From Nitrospirota bacterium (GTDB lineage: Bacteria; Nitrospirota; UBA9217), in NCBI GenBank assembly GCA_963740085.1, contig CAVUCU010000001.1, positions 1-64,000 on the forward strand: a stretch of 64,000 nt of DNA. The letters run 5' to 3'. Of this stretch, positions 61,370-64,000 are shown one piece after another (position 1 is the first letter of the stretch; every line of letters begins with the position of its first letter). A program made the position numbers and the translations under genes. The notes under the pieces were generated by a model. It searched no databases. It had not been told where the DNA came from and saw only the letters and a list, made by a program, of their open reading frames with translations.

Positions 61370-62043
61370 ACCCGCACCTGATCGTTTATGATCTGCCCGT
61401 CCTTGACGTTGATGATGCGCCTGCAGCGCGTTGCCACGGTCTGGTCATGGGTAACGATAATTACCGTGACGCCCTGCTCGTTGAGCCCGGTCAGTATTTT
61501 CAGGATGTCCTCTCCGGAGCGGCTGTCGAGATTGCCCGTTGGCTCGTCAGCGAGCAGAAGCGCCGGGTTGTTCACGAGGGCCCGCGCGATGGCAACACGC
61601 TGCTGCTGACCTCCGGAGAGCTCCGTCGGTTTATGTTGCATGCGATCGGCGAGGCCGACCTTTTCGAGCAAGGGAACGGCCCGCCCTTTGCGCAGACGCG
61701 CCGGAACGCCGCCGTAGATAAGCGGGACCTCAACGTTCTTGAGTGCGGAAAATCGAGCGAGCAGGTTGAAGGTCTGGAATACGAAACCGATCTTGACATT
61801 CCTGATCGACGCAAGCTCATCGTCCGTCATGGCGCTGATCTCCCGGTCCTCGAACCGGTACGAGCCGCTCGTAGGCCGGTCCAGGCATCCGATAATGTTC
61901 ATGATGGTGGATTTGCCGGAACCTGACGGTCCCATGATGGCGATAAGCTCCCCGCTCTGCACATTCAGGGAAACGCCGGAAAGCACGGTGAAGTCAACAT
62001 CTCCCATGCGGTAGGTCTTGGTTATGTCCTTGAGCTCGATCAT
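61366..62043 (-). CDS. ABC transporter ATP-binding protein (MacB/LolD-like)
   Basis: GPSGSGKST, LSGGQQQRVAIARAL, ADEPTGNLD. Confidence 0.95.
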   Translation of the reverse strand: MIELKDITKTYRMGDVDFTVLSGVSLNVQSGELIAIMGPSGSGKSTIMNIIGCLDRPTSGSYRFEDREISAMTDDELASIRNVKIGFVFQTFNLLARFSALKNVEVPLIYGGVPARLRKGRAVPLLEKVGLADRMQHKPTELSGGQQQRVAIARALVNNPALLLADEPTGNLDSRSGEDILKILTGLNEQGVTVIIVTHDQTVATRCRRIINVKDGQIINDQVRV

Positions 62044-62050
62044 ATGGCGT

Positions 62051-62122
62051 GGATGCGTTGATGCGTCAATGCGTCGAAGCGTGAACGCGTCTATGCGTTA
62101 AAGCGTATATGTGTGAATGCGA
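62051..62122 (+). repeat. Nine tandem octamers NNATGCGT (left arm around the four-helix-bundle gene)
   Basis: GGATGCGT TGATGCGT CAATGCGT CGAAGCGT GAACGCGT CTATGCGT..; complementary units at 62491-62535. Confidence 0.85.
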
Positions 62123-62476
62123 TTATGCGGCTTTGCCCTTGATATACTTGATGAAGTTCAGGTGTTTGCGCCGTATATGTTCGATATTTTCCATGATGTC
62201 TTGATCGTTCCTGTATTGTAAACGATTCGCAATAATTAGTTGCGTCTCAACTTCAGCCGGTGAGCCGAGACAGATATAGAGGTACTGTAAATATTCACGT
62301 TTCGAATTTCTTGCTGCTCCTTCTGCAATGTTCGAAGGAATGGATACGGCTGCCCTGCGAAGCTGCGATGTGAGCCCGAATTGTTCATCCTTCGGAAATC
62401 TTTCCGTTAATCTGTAGACCTTTTCGACTATGTCAAGCCCCATTTTCCATACATCCAAATCTTTATGCGTCACCAA
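62123..62476 (-). CDS. Four helix bundle protein (23S rRNA IVP family)
   Basis: HKDLDVWK, FPKDEQFGLTSQLRRAAVSIPSNIAEG, GS..EVETQL; start uncertain. Confidence 0.9.
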   Translation of the reverse strand: MVTHKDLDVWKMGLDIVEKVYRLTERFPKDEQFGLTSQLRRAAVSIPSNIAEGAARNSKREYLQYLYICLGSPAEVETQLIIANRLQYRNDQDIMENIEHIRRKHLNFIKYIKGKAA

Positions 62477-62539
62477 TCCATACCGCCATCTCCGCTTCTT
62501 CGCATCCACGCATACTCCACGCGTCTCACTCATCAACAG

Positions 62540-63646
62540 CTACTCAATCCTCACCTTCGCCCCGTCCTTCAAGCCCTCTGCCTCCGGGGTGGTGATGACG
62601 AACTCTCCCGCGACAAGGCCCTTCGTCACCTGGGTGAAGCTCCAATTCGTCTCCCCTATCTCGACCGGTTTGAGCTTTGCGACGGCCTTTTCCCCCGACC
62701 TTATAGTGCTTCCAATCGCCACAAACACCTGTTTTTTCCCTTCCCGTTCGATGACCGCCTGCGACGGCACCGACAGCACGGAAGGGAGAGTGGAAACGAG
62801 TATCTCGACATCGGCGGACATTCCGGGTTTGATCTTGTGCTGCGGCTTGTCGAAATAGATCCAGACGTCCGCCGTGCGCGTTTCGAGCTTCCCGCCGCTC
62901 ACGATAGGCGAGATGCGCCTAATCTTTCCTTCAAATTTTTCTCCGGGAAATGCGTCGATCGAGATCGTCACCGGCTGGCCAATGCGAAGGCGGCCAACAT
63001 CCACTTCATCGATCGTCGCAAGGACGTATATTTTATCAGGATTGACGATCGTAACGATCTCTTTTCCCGGCAACAGGAGTTCGCCCACCTCGGTGGATTT
63101 TTTTGCGACCACGCCGTTAAAGGGCGCCCGTATGACCGAGTACTTTCGTTTCACTTCCGCATCGGCGACCGAGGCCTGGTACTGCGATCTAGCAACGTCA
63201 TAGGTCCTGCGGACCGCATCGAAATCCTGCTGAGAGATCATCCCCTTGTGGAACAGGTCTTCCGAACGCTTCAGGTTCTTTCCCGCCTCTTCATAGGTGG
63301 CCTTGCTCTGCGCCAGCGCGTTCTCGCTCTGGACCGACTCTTCGGTCAGATCAAGCCTTGCTATAAGCGCTCCGGCCTTGACGACGTCGCCCTCCTGCAC
63401 GGGGAGCTCTACCACTCTGCCCGTGCGCTGCGCGGAAAGCGTTACCTCGGTCTCGGATTTCACGGTGGACGTGGTCGTAGCGTTCACGATGACGCGAAGT
63501 TCACCCGGTTTGAGCTCAATGACCTTGACCGATACCGGTTTCTTCCCGGCCAGGACAATTATTACGATGATGAGAACCGCCGCCAGTACGGAAATCCATA
63601 CCAGTTTGCTTTTTACCACCTTGGCCATGGTCAACACGGTATCCAT
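62540..63646 (-). CDS. Efflux periplasmic adaptor (MacA/HlyD family)
   Basis: V.EGDVVKAG, IRAPFNGVV, IKPGMSA, GL..GE.V. Confidence 0.92.
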   Translation of the reverse strand: MDTVLTMAKVVKSKLVWISVLAAVLIIVIIVLAGKKPVSVKVIELKPGELRVIVNATTTSTVKSETEVTLSAQRTGRVVELPVQEGDVVKAGALIARLDLTEESVQSENALAQSKATYEEAGKNLKRSEDLFHKGMISQQDFDAVRRTYDVARSQYQASVADAEVKRKYSVIRAPFNGVVAKKSTEVGELLLPGKEIVTIVNPDKIYVLATIDEVDVGRLRIGQPVTISIDAFPGEKFEGKIRRISPIVSGGKLETRTADVWIYFDKPQHKIKPGMSADVEILVSTLPSVLSVPSQAVIEREGKKQVFVAIGSTIRSGEKAVAKLKPVEIGETNWSFTQVTKGLVAGEFVITTPEAEGLKDGAKVRIE

Positions 63647-63710
63647 CCTTTTTAGAAGAGCGAAGGTCAGTTGATAATATCTTTATGAGTCACAGGAGTT
63701 GAATACTGCT

Positions 63711-63728
63711 GACCGGAGATCTCCGGTC
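63711..63728. promoter_or_regulatory. Perfect 18-bp palindrome upstream of the efflux operon
   Basis: GACCGGAGATCTCCGGTC; function not shown. Confidence 0.35.
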
Positions 63729-63854
63729 TTTCAGGTCTTCACTCAGGCCTTCACCTTGTGCACCCGGTGACTATGCCGCAAATAGAGGCTTCTTATGTAT
63801 TTATCAGAATTGAAAAATACTGCTTATTCAGGGCTTGATCCGCCGTTATCCGTT

Positions 63855-64000
63855 TCAATGACCTTTACCCGGCTCTTCTTCATTTTGCGCATTGTACTCA
63901 AGACGTTCTTTGATGCCCTTCATAAAACCACGGGTCAATTCGCCGAGCTTTTCGGAAACGACCATGTCTTGAAGAAAAGAAAACTTGTCGGTCACGTGCC
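63855..64000 (-). CDS. 3' end of an unidentified CDS entering from beyond the window
   Basis: Open frame HVTDKFSFLQDMVVSEKLGELTRGFMKGIKERLEY..GKGH*. Confidence 0.5.
   Translation of the reverse strand, partial: HVTDKFSFLQDMVVSEKLGELTRGFMKGIKERLEYNAQNEEEPGKGH

Noticed and set aside
62123-62476. DGR accessory protein Avd
   Set aside because: No reverse transcriptase or adenine-variable TR/VR pair in the window.

Overview
64-kb chromosomal window of a GC-rich bacterium. Gene content (ylxR-L7Ae fusion, yedF, GxxExxY and four-helix-bundle genes) suggests an anaerobic Nitrospirota/Desulfobacterota-like organism; this is inference only. Layout: (1) 1-30 kb accessory region with a hairpin-repeat array carrying a GxxExxY nuclease-family gene and an ORF6N remnant, oxidoreductases, two sensor kinases, a sugar ABC transporter, gap next to a large frameshifted PPDK-like gene, exported proteins and an AsmA-like gene; (2) 31-48 kb core cluster rimP-nusA-ylxR/L7Ae-infB-DUF503-rbfA-nrnA-truB-rpsO-pnp, hup, Smr, ridA, rel, recJ, tatA, mobA; (3) 48.5-52.8 kb selenium/sulfur block (LysR, double rhodanese, yedF) ending in a non-canonical 8/4 tRNA with anticodon UCA and discriminator U73 (selC*-type, predicted UGA-reading tRNA-Cys); (4) 52.9-60.1 kb copper/metal operon headed by a probably leaderless ORF ending in RPP; (5) MacAB-type operon with a four-helix-bundle gene inserted between repeat arms. 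The main unexplained signal is a window-wide family of inverted-arm elements built from 7-9-nt periodic units. Some carry cargo genes in the loop, about ten are empty in housekeeping intergenic gaps, and one is in frame inside recJ. All calls come from reading the sequence; no searches were run.
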